From: an uncultured Gemmatimonadales bacterium
GTDB taxonomy: Bacteria; Gemmatimonadota; Gemmatimonadetes; Longimicrobiales; RSA9
Reading direction: 5' to 3'
Assembly (NCBI GenBank): GCA_963798085.1
Contig: CAWCRS010000009.1
Span: forward strand, 281,869-345,868
Length of the DNA stretch: 64,000 bases
Shown here piece after piece: positions 30,889-40,094 of the stretch. The notes beneath the pieces were generated by a model. The model was not told the DNA's origin. It was given only the letters and a program-made list of their open reading frames with translations, and did no database searches. Position 1 is the stretch's first letter, and every line of letters starts with the position of its first letter. The translations under genes and the position numbers were made by a program.

Positions 30889-33654
30889 CTACTCCGCGCG
30901 CAACGCGGTGGCGGGATCCAGTCGGGCGGCGCGCCTCGCCGGCAGCCAGCAGGCCAGCAGAGCGACTGCGAACAGGATGGCACTGACGCGCAGATAGGTG
31001 ACCGGATCGTGCGCGCTCACGCGGAACAGCAGCGCATTCATCAGGCGACTCGTGGCAACCGAAGCCGCGAGTCCGATGAACAGACCCGACAACACGACTG
31101 CCGTTCCCTGACGCACGATCATGCGACTCACGTCGCCCGGCCGCGCGCCCAGCGCCAGGCGCACGCCGATCTCGCTGCGACGCTGGCTCACGGCGTAGGA
31201 AATCACGCCGTAGACGCCCACCAGGCCGAGCAGCAGCGCCACGCTGGCGGCGATCGCCAGCAGCGCCAGCGTGAAGGCCGCCTGCGCGCGCGCCTCACCC
31301 AGGCTGTCCTCCAGCGTGCGCACGCGCGCCAGCGGGACGCGCGCATCGATGGCCTGCAGCTCGTGCTGTACCGCGTCCACGAGCGACAGCGGTGGCACGG
31401 CCGTGCGCACGACGTAGCCCATGCTGGTGATCGATGGCCCTTCATTCGAGCCGTCGCGCAGCGGAAAGTAGAGAATGCCCACCGGCTGGCTCTCGGTCAG
31501 CGTGGTCGTCGCCGTGTTGCCGACCACGCCCACCACCGTGAACCATGCCGGGCTGGTGGCGCCGATGTCCGGGAAAATGCGCTGCCCGATGGGGTCCCGG
31601 CCCGCAAAATAGAGGTTGGCGAGCGCCTGGTTGATGACCACGGCGCGCGTGGCATGATCCTCGTCGCCGGACTCGAAGGCGCGCCCGCGCAGCACGCGCG
31701 TCCCCATGGCGGAGAAATAACCCGCTGTTACCCGGCGCATGGCAATGACGGGCGGAATCTCGCCCTGGCGCAGCACCACGCCGTCGACCTTCATCGGGTC
31801 GCCCCAGCAGAATCCATCCAGGGGCAGGCAGGTTGCTGCCGCCGCCGAACGCACACCGGGCAGCGACCGCAGGTGCTCCAGCAGCGTGTGGTGCAGCAGG
31901 GCCTCGCGGTCGCGGTCGCGGGCCGGATAATCGTGTTCCGGCAGACCCACCTCGAAGACCAGTGCACTGTTCGCGTCGAAGCCTGGATCCTGATGCCGGA
32001 TCTGCAGGAAGCTCTTCGCCATCAGACCGCACGCCACGAGCAGCAGCGCAGCCAGCGCCATCTGTCCCGCGATCAGGAAATGACGCAGGCGCATGCGCTG
32101 GCGACTCGTCGTGTTGGCGCGGCCCGCCTCGCGCAGCGATGCCGACTCCGCACGGCCGCTCGCCACGCGCATCAGCGCCGCCGTCGCAAACACCACGGTG
32201 CAGGCCAGCGCCAGCAGGGCGGCAAAGACGAAGATGACCAGGTCCAGGTGCACTTCGTGCAGCCGCGGCAGTCCCGCGGGACCGTGGCGCACGAGCAGCT
32301 TCACAGCCAGCTGCGCTACCCCCATGCCCAGCAGCCACGCGCCCAGCGACAGCAGCGCGCTCTCCGCGAGGAAATGCAGGGCAATGCCTCGCCGGCCGGC
32401 GCCCAGCGCACGCCGCACCGCGACCTCACGCGACCGTGCCTCGGCGCGCACCAGGAAGAGATTCGCAACGTTGCCGCACGCCACCAGCAGCACGATCGCG
32501 ACGGACCCGAGCAGCAGCCACAGCGTGCGCTCGATGCTGCCCGTGATCTGCTGTTTCAGCGGAATTGCGGTCGAGTGCATGTGCGCATCACGCGTGATGG
32601 CGATGGCGGTGGGATTGCCCGGATGGGCGCCGGCGAACGTCGCGATCGCGCGGTCCACATCGGTGCGCACATCCGCAACGGTCATTCCCGGTTTCATGCG
32701 CGCTACGCCCACCCAGTTGAAGCCGCCCACACGCGGATTGGCGGTGTCGTACACGGCCGGTATCCACAGATCCGTAGCGGGATCCGGAAACGCGAACGAC
32801 GCCGACATCACACCCACGACTTCGTGCGGCATGCCGTTCACCAGGATCGACTGCCCCAGCACATCGGTCCTGCCGGCGAAACGCCGCTGCCAGAGCCCAT
32901 GACTCAGCACCACGACTGCGGGCGAGCCGGGCGTGCCCTCACTCGACTGGAACCAGCGACCCAGCTGCGGCTGCGATCGCAATACGCGCAGCAGTGTGGG
33001 CGTCGCCGTGGTGATGCGCAGGCGCTCAGGCTCCCCGCCCGCCTGCACCGGATAACTCTGGCTCCAGTACATGGCGATGCTCTCGAGCGTGTGCGTGCGC
33101 TGCAGGAAATGCTCGTACAGCGCTTCCGTGAGGCCCAGACCGGTGGGAATGTTGAGGCCGGGTGCGCCCTGCTCCAGAGCTAACAGCTGGTTGGACTGCG
33201 GCCAGGGCAGCGGGCGCAGGACGATGCGGCGCACCAGCGTGAAGATCGCGGTGTTCGCGCCCAGGGCCAGACCCAGCGACAGCAGGGCCGCCGCCGTGAA
33301 GCCAGGCGAACGCAGCAGGCGGCGCAGAGCGTGCCGCAGCTCGCGCCTCAGTGAATCGCGTGCCCGGGCGCCGCGCGGCTGACCGGGCTCCCCCGCCTGG
33401 CGCGTTTGGCCGCCCCGCTCGCGCACCGCGGAGTTCAGCAGTCCCAGCGACTCGCGCAGCCAGAGCCGCAGCGTGGCGCGCCGCCCTTGGCGGCGCGCGT
33501 CCGCCATGCGCGCCACGAACGTTTCCTCCATGGCTGTAGCGTATTCCTCGCGAAACGAGAGCGGGAACAGACGCAGCAGCATGATCCAGGCACGCGGGGC
33601 TCGAGGCCGCGTCGTCGCATCCGGCACAGGACCGGGGACCCACGCTTCACGCAT
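30889..33654 (-). CDS. ADOP-type duplicated ABC permease
   Basis: ELRHALRRLLRSPGF, ACGNVANLFL, RLDPATALRAE. Confidence 0.92.
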   Translation of the reverse strand: MREAWVPGPVPDATTRPRAPRAWIMLLRLFPLSFREEYATAMEETFVARMADARRQGRRATLRLWLRESLGLLNSAVRERGGQTRQAGEPGQPRGARARDSLRRELRHALRRLLRSPGFTAAALLSLGLALGANTAIFTLVRRIVLRPLPWPQSNQLLALEQGAPGLNIPTGLGLTEALYEHFLQRTHTLESIAMYWSQSYPVQAGGEPERLRITTATPTLLRVLRSQPQLGRWFQSSEGTPGSPAVVVLSHGLWQRRFAGRTDVLGQSILVNGMPHEVVGVMSASFAFPDPATDLWIPAVYDTANPRVGGFNWVGVARMKPGMTVADVRTDVDRAIATFAGAHPGNPTAIAITRDAHMHSTAIPLKQQITGSIERTLWLLLGSVAIVLLVACGNVANLFLVRAEARSREVAVRRALGAGRRGIALHFLAESALLSLGAWLLGMGVAQLAVKLLVRHGPAGLPRLHEVHLDLVIFVFAALLALACTVVFATAALMRVASGRAESASLREAGRANTTSRQRMRLRHFLIAGQMALAALLLVACGLMAKSFLQIRHQDPGFDANSALVFEVGLPEHDYPARDRDREALLHHTLLEHLRSLPGVRSAAAATCLPLDGFCWGDPMKVDGVVLRQGEIPPVIAMRRVTAGYFSAMGTRVLRGRAFESGDEDHATRAVVINQALANLYFAGRDPIGQRIFPDIGATSPAWFTVVGVVGNTATTTLTESQPVGILYFPLRDGSNEGPSITSMGYVVRTAVPPLSLVDAVQHELQAIDARVPLARVRTLEDSLGEARAQAAFTLALLAIAASVALLLGLVGVYGVISYAVSQRRSEIGVRLALGARPGDVSRMIVRQGTAVVLSGLFIGLAASVATSRLMNALLFRVSAHDPVTYLRVSAILFAVALLACWLPARRAARLDPATALRAE

Positions 33655-33664
33655 CGTACTTGCC

Positions 33665-34033
33665 CTACGCGCCCGTGCGCGCCGCCGAGGGATACAGCTT
33701 CTTCTCGCGTGCCGCCGACACGAGCGCCTCCAGCCGCTCCGCCTCCTGCGATGCCGCGCGGCGACCCGCGGGCGTGAGCTGGAAGTATTTGCGACGCGCG
33801 TCGGGCGACGGCTCCGGTGGCTTCTTCACGGCCGCGATGAGGCCGTCATCCGCCAGGCGCTTGAGCGCCTGATAGAGCGCGCCCGTGGTGGGATCCAGTC
33901 GCCCGGCCGATCGCGCCTGCACTTCCTTGCCAATGGCGTAGCCGTGCGAGGGGCCCTCCCCCAGCGCGAGCAGGATATGGAACGCCAGGTCGCCGAGAAG
34001 GGGCGGTTGTGGTGCGCTGCTGCGAGGCGTCAT
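33665..34033 (-). CDS. padR: PadR-family transcriptional regulator
   Basis: FHILLALGEGPSHGYAIG...GALYQALKRL...RRKYFQLTPAGR. Confidence 0.92.
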   Translation of the reverse strand: MTPRSSAPQPPLLGDLAFHILLALGEGPSHGYAIGKEVQARSAGRLDPTTGALYQALKRLADDGLIAAVKKPPEPSPDARRKYFQLTPAGRRAASQEAERLEALVSAAREKKLYPSAARTGA

Positions 34034-34051
34034 GGTTCATCCTTTGGGCAG

Positions 34052-34077
34052 TACTATAGTAGTTGACACTATAGTAG
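34052..34077. promoter_or_regulatory. Tandem/palindromic PadR operator candidate
   Basis: ACTATAGTAG at 34053 and 34068 (perfect palindrome TACTATAGTA at 34052); AT-rich island just upstream of padR. Confidence 0.6.
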
Positions 34078-34283
34078 CCAGGACAGAACCAGCACGCAAG
34101 ACCGCCGTGCCCCGCGTGGCCGGTACGCGCCACAGCCCGCGCATGGGGAGAAAACGAGACGCCGTCGATTGCCCGCGACCGCGCACGGCACTATGGTGCA
34201 AACCATGCGCACCGGCACGTTGCCGGTACCGTGCCGGATGCGGCCGAAGATGGCTGGATGCCTGCGGGAAGGAGCAGAAGAAC

Positions 34284-35364
34284 ATGTCGAGCAAACGGAT
34301 CATTACGGTTCTGGTGTCCGGGTTCGCAATCGGGCTGGCGGGTGTCGCGCCGGTTCGCGCGCAGGACGTGCAGTGGTCGACCTGGAGCAAGGTCGACATG
34401 GGCGGGTTCCTGGGCACCATGGCAAGGTTTTTCGGCGGTAAGACAGAACACGTGGACACGACCTATCTCAAGGGCGCGCGCATGCGCTCGAACACCGAGA
34501 AGCATGCCAGCATTGTGGACCTCGCCGATGGCCGCTTCATCGACATTCGACCACGAAGCGAAAACGTACACGGTGCTGACCACGGCGCAGCTGCAGGAGT
34601 ACATGCAGCAGGCCCAGGCGAAGCAGCGGTCGGCCATGGCGCAGGCGCAGGCGGAGCAGAAGCAGAAGGAAGCGCAGAAGCCGGCGAATGACTCCGTGAA
34701 GACGGAAGTGAAGGTCGACCTGAAGGTGGACCGGACGGGTGAGAAACAGAAGATCGCGGGCTATGATGCGGAGCGCGTGTTCATGACCGTCACAACCGAC
34801 GTCACGGTGACGCCGCAGCAGGGCGAGAACGCGGGCGAGAAGCAGGATGCGGGACGCATGGTGCTGCTCATGGATTCGTGGAACGCGAAGAATGCTCCGC
34901 CCGAGCAGGCCATGAAGGCGATGATGGAGAAGATGGGACCGGCGGTGCGCCAGCAGAGTCAGAAGTCGGCGGAAGCCGTGCTCGGCATGGTGACGTCGGA
35001 TCCCAATGCGAAGGATGCCATGGAGAAGGCGCTGGCGGAGGCGGAGAAGGCCGGCGGCTTCGAGATGAAGGGCACCATGTACGTGGTGCTGGTGCCCGCG
35101 GGCATGACCTTCGATCGCCAGCTGGCGCTGGGCGAAGCCGAGAAGAAGGGCGAAGCGAAGAAGCCCGGTCTGGGCGGGCTGCTCAAGAATGCGCTCGCCA
35201 ACAAGGAGCCGGAGAAGAAGGAAGAGAAGAGCGAGCCGCGTCAGGTCACCATGTTCCGCGTGCTCTCCGAGGTGCGCGAGATCAGGACGACCAGCCTGTC
35301 GGCATCCATTTTCGAGCCGCCCGCGGGATACAAGGAGTTGAAGTTCAACCCGGGCACGAGCTGA
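34284..35364 (+). CDS. Secreted protein, DUF4412-like, apparent frameshift near 34547
   Basis: Signal peptide ending VRA-QD; TYLKGARMR...IVDLADGRFIDIDHEAKTYT; RTGEKQKIAGYDAE; SIFEPPAGYKE. Confidence 0.7.
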
Positions 35365-35421
35365 CGACGCGGGTGAGCGGCGCCGCGTGACGCCGATCCG
35401 CATCTGACAGCCTGTTAGGGG

Positions 35422-35449
35422 CCGGCCCGGCGCGCGATTGCCGGGCCGG
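35422..35449. terminator. GC hairpin, possible terminator
   Basis: ccggcccggc / gccgggccgg perfect 10-bp arms; only a short U tract. Confidence 0.4.
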
Positions 35450-35562
35450 TTCTGTGATGGAACCGCGCCCGCGCCCGCGGCCTGCCCCCGCAGCGGACGG
35501 AGCGCTCGCCGGGCGACACGATTGCCCCGCGCCACGCGTTGCAGGGGAGGCCGGAAACCGGG

Positions 35563-36300
35563 ATGAAGGACCGCCAGGATGCTTTCGGTCACGCGTTGCG
35601 CGACCAGCTGACGGGCAGCGATGCCGTCGAGCTGATCGAGCGCGATGACGGTTACATTGATGTCTCCGCCCCGGCCCTCGCCTACTTCGCGCCGCCCGCA
35701 CAGTGGCGCGAGCCGGCTCTGCAGGCGCTCGCGGAGTGCCGCGGCCGCGTGCTCGATGTCGGCTGCGGCGCCGGACGCTTCGCGCTGGCGCTGCAGGAGC
35801 GCGGGCACGAAGTCGTCGCCATTGATGTGTCGCCGCTGGCCGTCGAGGTGTGCCGCCTGCGCGGTGTGCGCGACGCGCGCGTGCTCCCTCTGCGCAGGGT
35901 GAGCCGCCGGCTGGGGATCTTCGACACGGTGGCGATGATGGGCAACAACTTCGGTCTGTTCGGCAGCGCGCGCGAACTGCACCGTAGCCTGGCGCGTCTT
36001 CACCGCATGACATTGGGAGTCGGCCGCATCGTGGCGGAGAGCATGGATCCGCTGGCGACAGTGGAGGCCGCGCACCTCGAGTATCACGAGCGCAACCGGC
36101 GCAAAGGGCGACTTCCCGGCCAGATCCACATGCGTGTACGTTATCATCAGTATTGCGGTCCGTGGTTCGACTATCTGTTCGTTTCCCGCAGCGAGATGAC
36201 GGAGCTGCTCGAGGACACTGACTGGCGAGTGGCCAGCATCCTGGAATCCGGAGGACCCGTCTATGTGGCCATCCTCGAAAAGCGGCAGGCGACGTCCTGA
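35563..36300 (+). CDS. Class I SAM-dependent methyltransferase
   Basis: RVLDVGCGAGR, VAIDVSPLAVE, FDTVAMMGNNFGLFG. Confidence 0.88.
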   Translation: MKDRQDAFGHALRDQLTGSDAVELIERDDGYIDVSAPALAYFAPPAQWREPALQALAECRGRVLDVGCGAGRFALALQERGHEVVAIDVSPLAVEVCRLRGVRDARVLPLRRVSRRLGIFDTVAMMGNNFGLFGSARELHRSLARLHRMTLGVGRIVAESMDPLATVEAAHLEYHERNRRKGRLPGQIHMRVRYHQYCGPWFDYLFVSRSEMTELLEDTDWRVASILESGGPVYVAILEKRQATS

Positions 36301-36706
36301 CCTGCGCTGCCGGCGCGCCGGCCTGCTGGCCTGCTGCCTCGTGCTCGCCGGCGCGGCCTGCGGCAATGTCAACGATCCGATCGAGTTCCAGTACACGGTC
36401 GAAGAAGTCGCCAGCGCCGACCTGCCGCAGTACGATGTCACGAAACTCTACGCGGCACGCCAGAACACCACGAACATAGACTCCCTGCTGAACGTGCTGG
36501 TCGGCGCGAAGATGCCGGTGAGCGAAATCTGGCTGCCCCTGAGCGACGCCTGCGCTTCCGCCGGGGATCCGGTGGGTCCTCACCTGACAGTGGTGCTGGA
36601 GGATCCGCGCAGCGCGATGTCCAACTTCAATTTCGATCCGGGCAACGGCATCCGCGCCTGTACCATGACGGTGCGGCGCTACGTGCTGGTCGTACGCTTT
36701 CCTTGA
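36263..36706 (+). CDS. Hypothetical lipoprotein
   Basis: Basic N-terminus, hydrophobic stretch, LAGAAC-G lipobox; start uncertain. Confidence 0.6.
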   Translation: MWPSSKSGRRRPDLRCRRAGLLACCLVLAGAACGNVNDPIEFQYTVEEVASADLPQYDVTKLYAARQNTTNIDSLLNVLVGAKMPVSEIWLPLSDACASAGDPVGPHLTVVLEDPRSAMSNFNFDPGNGIRACTMTVRRYVLVVRFP

Positions 36707-37926
36707 GCGAACCGCTGCGTCGAAGCGCCCCCGGCATCGCGCTCGCGGGCGCGACGTTGCTGACGTTCGCCTGTGGTCCGCGGTCGCCCGATGCGCCCGT
36801 CATTGTGCGCGACAGCGCGGGCATCACCCTCGTACAGAACTACGCCCCCGTGTGGGACGATCGCGCCGCCTGGCGCGTAACCACAGCACCCGACATTCGC
36901 ATTGCCGCAGCCGGCGACAGCGGTGGTCTGCGTGAAGTCATGGGCGCGCTGCGCCTGCCGGACGCGCGCATCGTGGTGGCCAGCGGCGCCACGCGCGAGC
37001 TGCACTTCTACGACGTGCTGGGCCACTACCGCAGCACGGCCGGTGGTGAGGGCGAGGGCCCGGGTCAGTTCCGTACGCTCGCCCGGCTGGCGCTGCTGCC
37101 GCCCGATTCGCTGCTGGCGTGGGACCCGCAGCGGGCGCGTGTATCCGTGTTCACTTCTAACGGCGAGTTTGGGCGGGCGTTTGGCGTGCCGCCGCTGCTG
37201 CCGGCTGAAGCCGGTGCTGTCGCCGGCGCTTTCGCGGATGGCTCGATTCTGCTGCTGGGCCGCCGCGTACTCGGCATGGGTGACGACGCGACCGGTTCCA
37301 GCCGCGATTCGGTGACGGCGTATCATCTGTCCCGGGATGGCGCGCGTCTGGACACGCTGGGTCGCTTTCCCGTCGAAGAGCGCTTCACCTTCGCGGGCGA
37401 GGGCGGCAATGTGATGGCCCCCCCACCGTTCTCGCCCGAGGGCATCTTCGCCGCCGCCGGCGACCACCTGCTCTATGGCTGGAGCAGCGGCTGGCAGATC
37501 CAGGTGCTGGCGCCGGATGGGCGCTTGCTCCGCAGCGTGCGCAGCAGCGATCCTCTGCCGCGCGTCACCCGCGTGGATACCGCGGCCGAGCGCGCGGCGA
37601 GGCTCGCGCCGCTGCGCGAGGCCAGCTCGCGTGCCCGCATGAACGCGATGCTGGATGCGGCGCCCTGGCCCCGGCTCATGCCCGCGTTCCGCAACATCGT
37701 GGTGGACGACGCGGGTGATGCCTGGGTCGAGCACTACCGCCGCCCCGGCGATGCGCAGCCACGCTGGACGGTGTTCGATCGCACCGGTCGCATGCTGGGC
37801 ACGCTGACCACGCCGCCGGGACTCCAGATCCTGCAGATCGGCGCGGACTTCGTGCTGGGCGCGGTCACCGACTCACTCGGTGTCGCGACCGTCCAGCTGC
37901 ACGCACTGGCGCGCAACGCACACTGA
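36703..37926 (+). CDS. 6-bladed beta-propeller-type lipoprotein
   Basis: Lipobox TFAC; VRDSAGITLVQN, GGEGEGPGQF, WTVFDRTGRMLG. Confidence 0.75.
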   Translation: MSEPLRRSAPGIALAGATLLTFACGPRSPDAPVIVRDSAGITLVQNYAPVWDDRAAWRVTTAPDIRIAAAGDSGGLREVMGALRLPDARIVVASGATRELHFYDVLGHYRSTAGGEGEGPGQFRTLARLALLPPDSLLAWDPQRARVSVFTSNGEFGRAFGVPPLLPAEAGAVAGAFADGSILLLGRRVLGMGDDATGSSRDSVTAYHLSRDGARLDTLGRFPVEERFTFAGEGGNVMAPPPFSPEGIFAAAGDHLLYGWSSGWQIQVLAPDGRLLRSVRSSDPLPRVTRVDTAAERAARLAPLREASSRARMNAMLDAAPWPRLMPAFRNIVVDDAGDAWVEHYRRPGDAQPRWTVFDRTGRMLGTLTTPPGLQILQIGADFVLGAVTDSLGVATVQLHALARNAH

Positions 37927-37948
37927 CAACCGGCGGTCCGCACGAGCC

Positions 37949-38614
37949 ATGAACTCGCGAAACCCGACGCTGCGCTTCCTCGGCACTGCCGCCGTGCTCG
38001 TGCTCGCTGCCCTGGCGCTCGATCGCTGGGCGTACGAGCACATCGTGTACGCGCGCGTCTACGAGCAGGACTGGGGCCGCATGCTGCGCAGCATGGGGTT
38101 CCTGCCGTTCTGGATGTGTGGGGCGCTGGCGCTGGTGCTGAACGACGGGCCGCGGCGCACGGCGCATGCGCTGTATCCCGCGCTCATGCGCGGCTGGCTG
38201 CTGTTCGCGGCGCCGGCGGCTTCGGGCATCACGGGTGAGCTTCTCAAGCTGGTGTTCCGGCGCGAGCGGCCGGGCAGTCATGCGGGGCACTACGTGTTCC
38301 GCTCCTTCGCGGACCGGCCGTTCCACTCCGGTGGCCTGGCGCTGCCCAGCAGTCACGCCGTCGTCGCGTTTGGAGCGGCGACGATGCTCTCCCGTCTCTT
38401 CCCCCGCGCCCGACCCGTCTGGTACGCGCTGGCCATCGGCTGCGGCATCACGCGTGTGCTGGCACAGGCGCACTTCGTCAGCGACGTCGTGGTAGCCGCG
38501 CTGGTCGCATGGCTGGTCACCGCCTGGCTCTGGCGGTGGCACACACGCCGGCTGCAGCGCAGTGGACCCGCGGCGGCATCGTCGCCTGATCCGATCCCCG
38601 CAGCCGCGGATTGA
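37949..38614 (+). CDS. PAP2-family phosphatase
   Basis: KLVFRRERP, LPSSHA, TRVLAQAHFVSDV. Confidence 0.88.
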   Translation: MNSRNPTLRFLGTAAVLVLAALALDRWAYEHIVYARVYEQDWGRMLRSMGFLPFWMCGALALVLNDGPRRTAHALYPALMRGWLLFAAPAASGITGELLKLVFRRERPGSHAGHYVFRSFADRPFHSGGLALPSSHAVVAFGAATMLSRLFPRARPVWYALAIGCGITRVLAQAHFVSDVVVAALVAWLVTAWLWRWHTRRLQRSGPAAASSPDPIPAAAD

Positions 38615-38630
38615 GCGACGACGCGCAGCG

Positions 38631-40013
38631 TCAGCCCCGGCTCTCATCCGCCGCCGGACGCCTGCGGCGGCGTACCAGCAGGAAGGCGGGCAGGCTCATG
38701 GCCAGGAGCAGCAGGACTTGCACGCTGTTAGCGGGATCCCCCAGCACCGCGGCGATCAGGAAGGCCACCGACCCGGCCAGCGCCGTGCCCGTCGTGAAGG
38801 GATAGCCCCAGGCCCGCCAGGGCCGAACCATGTCAGGCTCGCGGCGGCGCAGCACGAAGACGGAAAGAAAGGACAGCGCGTAGTTCGCGACGAAGAAGAA
38901 CGCCAGCTTGGCCAGCACGGCTTCGAACGTATTGGTGATGACGAAAACCAGGGCCACGGCCGTGCCCATCAGCAGCGCCGCAGCAGGTGTGCCGCCACGG
39001 TTCACGCGTGCGATCGATTGGGGCAGCATGCCGTCGCGGCTCATGGCGAGGGGCACGCGCGACGCCATGAGCTGGAGGGCGTTCACACCGGCCAGCAGGG
39101 AAACGATCATGAGCACGCGGATGATGGTGTCGCCCCGCATACCGAAGACCGCACGCGTGGCGGTCGCGGCGACGAAAGGATCGCCCGCCATGCGTCCCAT
39201 CGGCACCACGCGCAGGAACGCGATATTGAGAGAAAGGTAGATGACCAGCACCAGCAGCACGCCGCCCAGCATGGCGCGCGGAATGTCACGTCCCGGATTC
39301 CTGACTTCCTCGGCGAAGTAGAGTGCGCCGGTCCAGCCGTCGTACGTGAACACCACAGACTGAAAGCTCACGACGAAGGCGCTGAACAGCACGAAGCCGT
39401 GCGGCACGGCTGGCGTTTCTGACACAGCGTTAGCGGCGTGCGGCAGCAGCAGGATGCCGCCCACGAGCAGCAGCAGCGCGAGCGTCTTGAGCAGGCTGGT
39501 CAGCTGCTGCGCGAAATCGCCCGCACGTATGCCTCGCCACTGGAGCACCGCGAAACCGAGTATCACAGCGCACGCCGTCCAGGTTTCGCGACCGGCAAGG
39601 CCGGGCAGCAGCGGCGCGCTGTACTCGCCAATGACGATGGCCATGGCGGCGGTGCTGCCGCAGGTGGACACCCAGTCGCTCCAGCCCACGATGAAACCCG
39701 GGTACGCGCCCAGCGCGTGCCGCACGTAGACATACTGCCCGCCCGAGCGCGGCAGCATGACGCCCAGCTCGGCGAGCGAGATGGCGCCGAGCAGCGCGTA
39801 GAGGCCGCCCAGAATCCAGACGAGGAGGAACAGCGTCGGCGAAGGCAGTCGAGCCGCGATCTCGCCCGGTGTACGCAGGATGCCCGCGCCAATGGTGTTG
39901 CCGACGATCACGGCGAGACCGAAGGCCACGCCCAGCACGCGCAGCAGGTGGCCGCGCGAGACCGCATCAGGCACGACGTCGCTCACGCGCCTGGCGCGCG
40001 GCTCTGCCTCCAT
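38631..40013 (-). CDS. APC-family amino acid permease
   Basis: VGNTIGAGI, AELGVMLPRSGGQY, FTYDGW, EEVRNP, RPWRAWGYP. Confidence 0.9.
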   Translation of the reverse strand: MEAEPRARRVSDVVPDAVSRGHLLRVLGVAFGLAVIVGNTIGAGILRTPGEIAARLPSPTLFLLVWILGGLYALLGAISLAELGVMLPRSGGQYVYVRHALGAYPGFIVGWSDWVSTCGSTAAMAIVIGEYSAPLLPGLAGRETWTACAVILGFAVLQWRGIRAGDFAQQLTSLLKTLALLLLVGGILLLPHAANAVSETPAVPHGFVLFSAFVVSFQSVVFTYDGWTGALYFAEEVRNPGRDIPRAMLGGVLLVLVIYLSLNIAFLRVVPMGRMAGDPFVAATATRAVFGMRGDTIIRVLMIVSLLAGVNALQLMASRVPLAMSRDGMLPQSIARVNRGGTPAAALLMGTAVALVFVITNTFEAVLAKLAFFFVANYALSFLSVFVLRRREPDMVRPWRAWGYPFTTGTALAGSVAFLIAAVLGDPANSVQVLLLLAMSLPAFLLVRRRRRPAADESRG

Positions 40014-40050
40014 GACAGCTGCCCCGAATGGAAGTAACGCGCAGAAGGAT

Positions 40051-40081
40051 GCCGGCGCGCGGCGAGAGATTGCGCGCCGGC
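40051..40081. terminator. GC hairpin between the EAL gene and the permease gene
   Basis: gccggcgcgc / gcgcgccggc perfect arms. Confidence 0.35.
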
Positions 40082-40094
40082 GAATGGGCGGAGA

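Noticed and set aside
28819..33183. 1454-aa + strand ORF and similar long antisense ORFs (for example 40200..42776)
   Set aside because: Shadow frames of clearly recognisable opposite-strand genes in high-GC DNA
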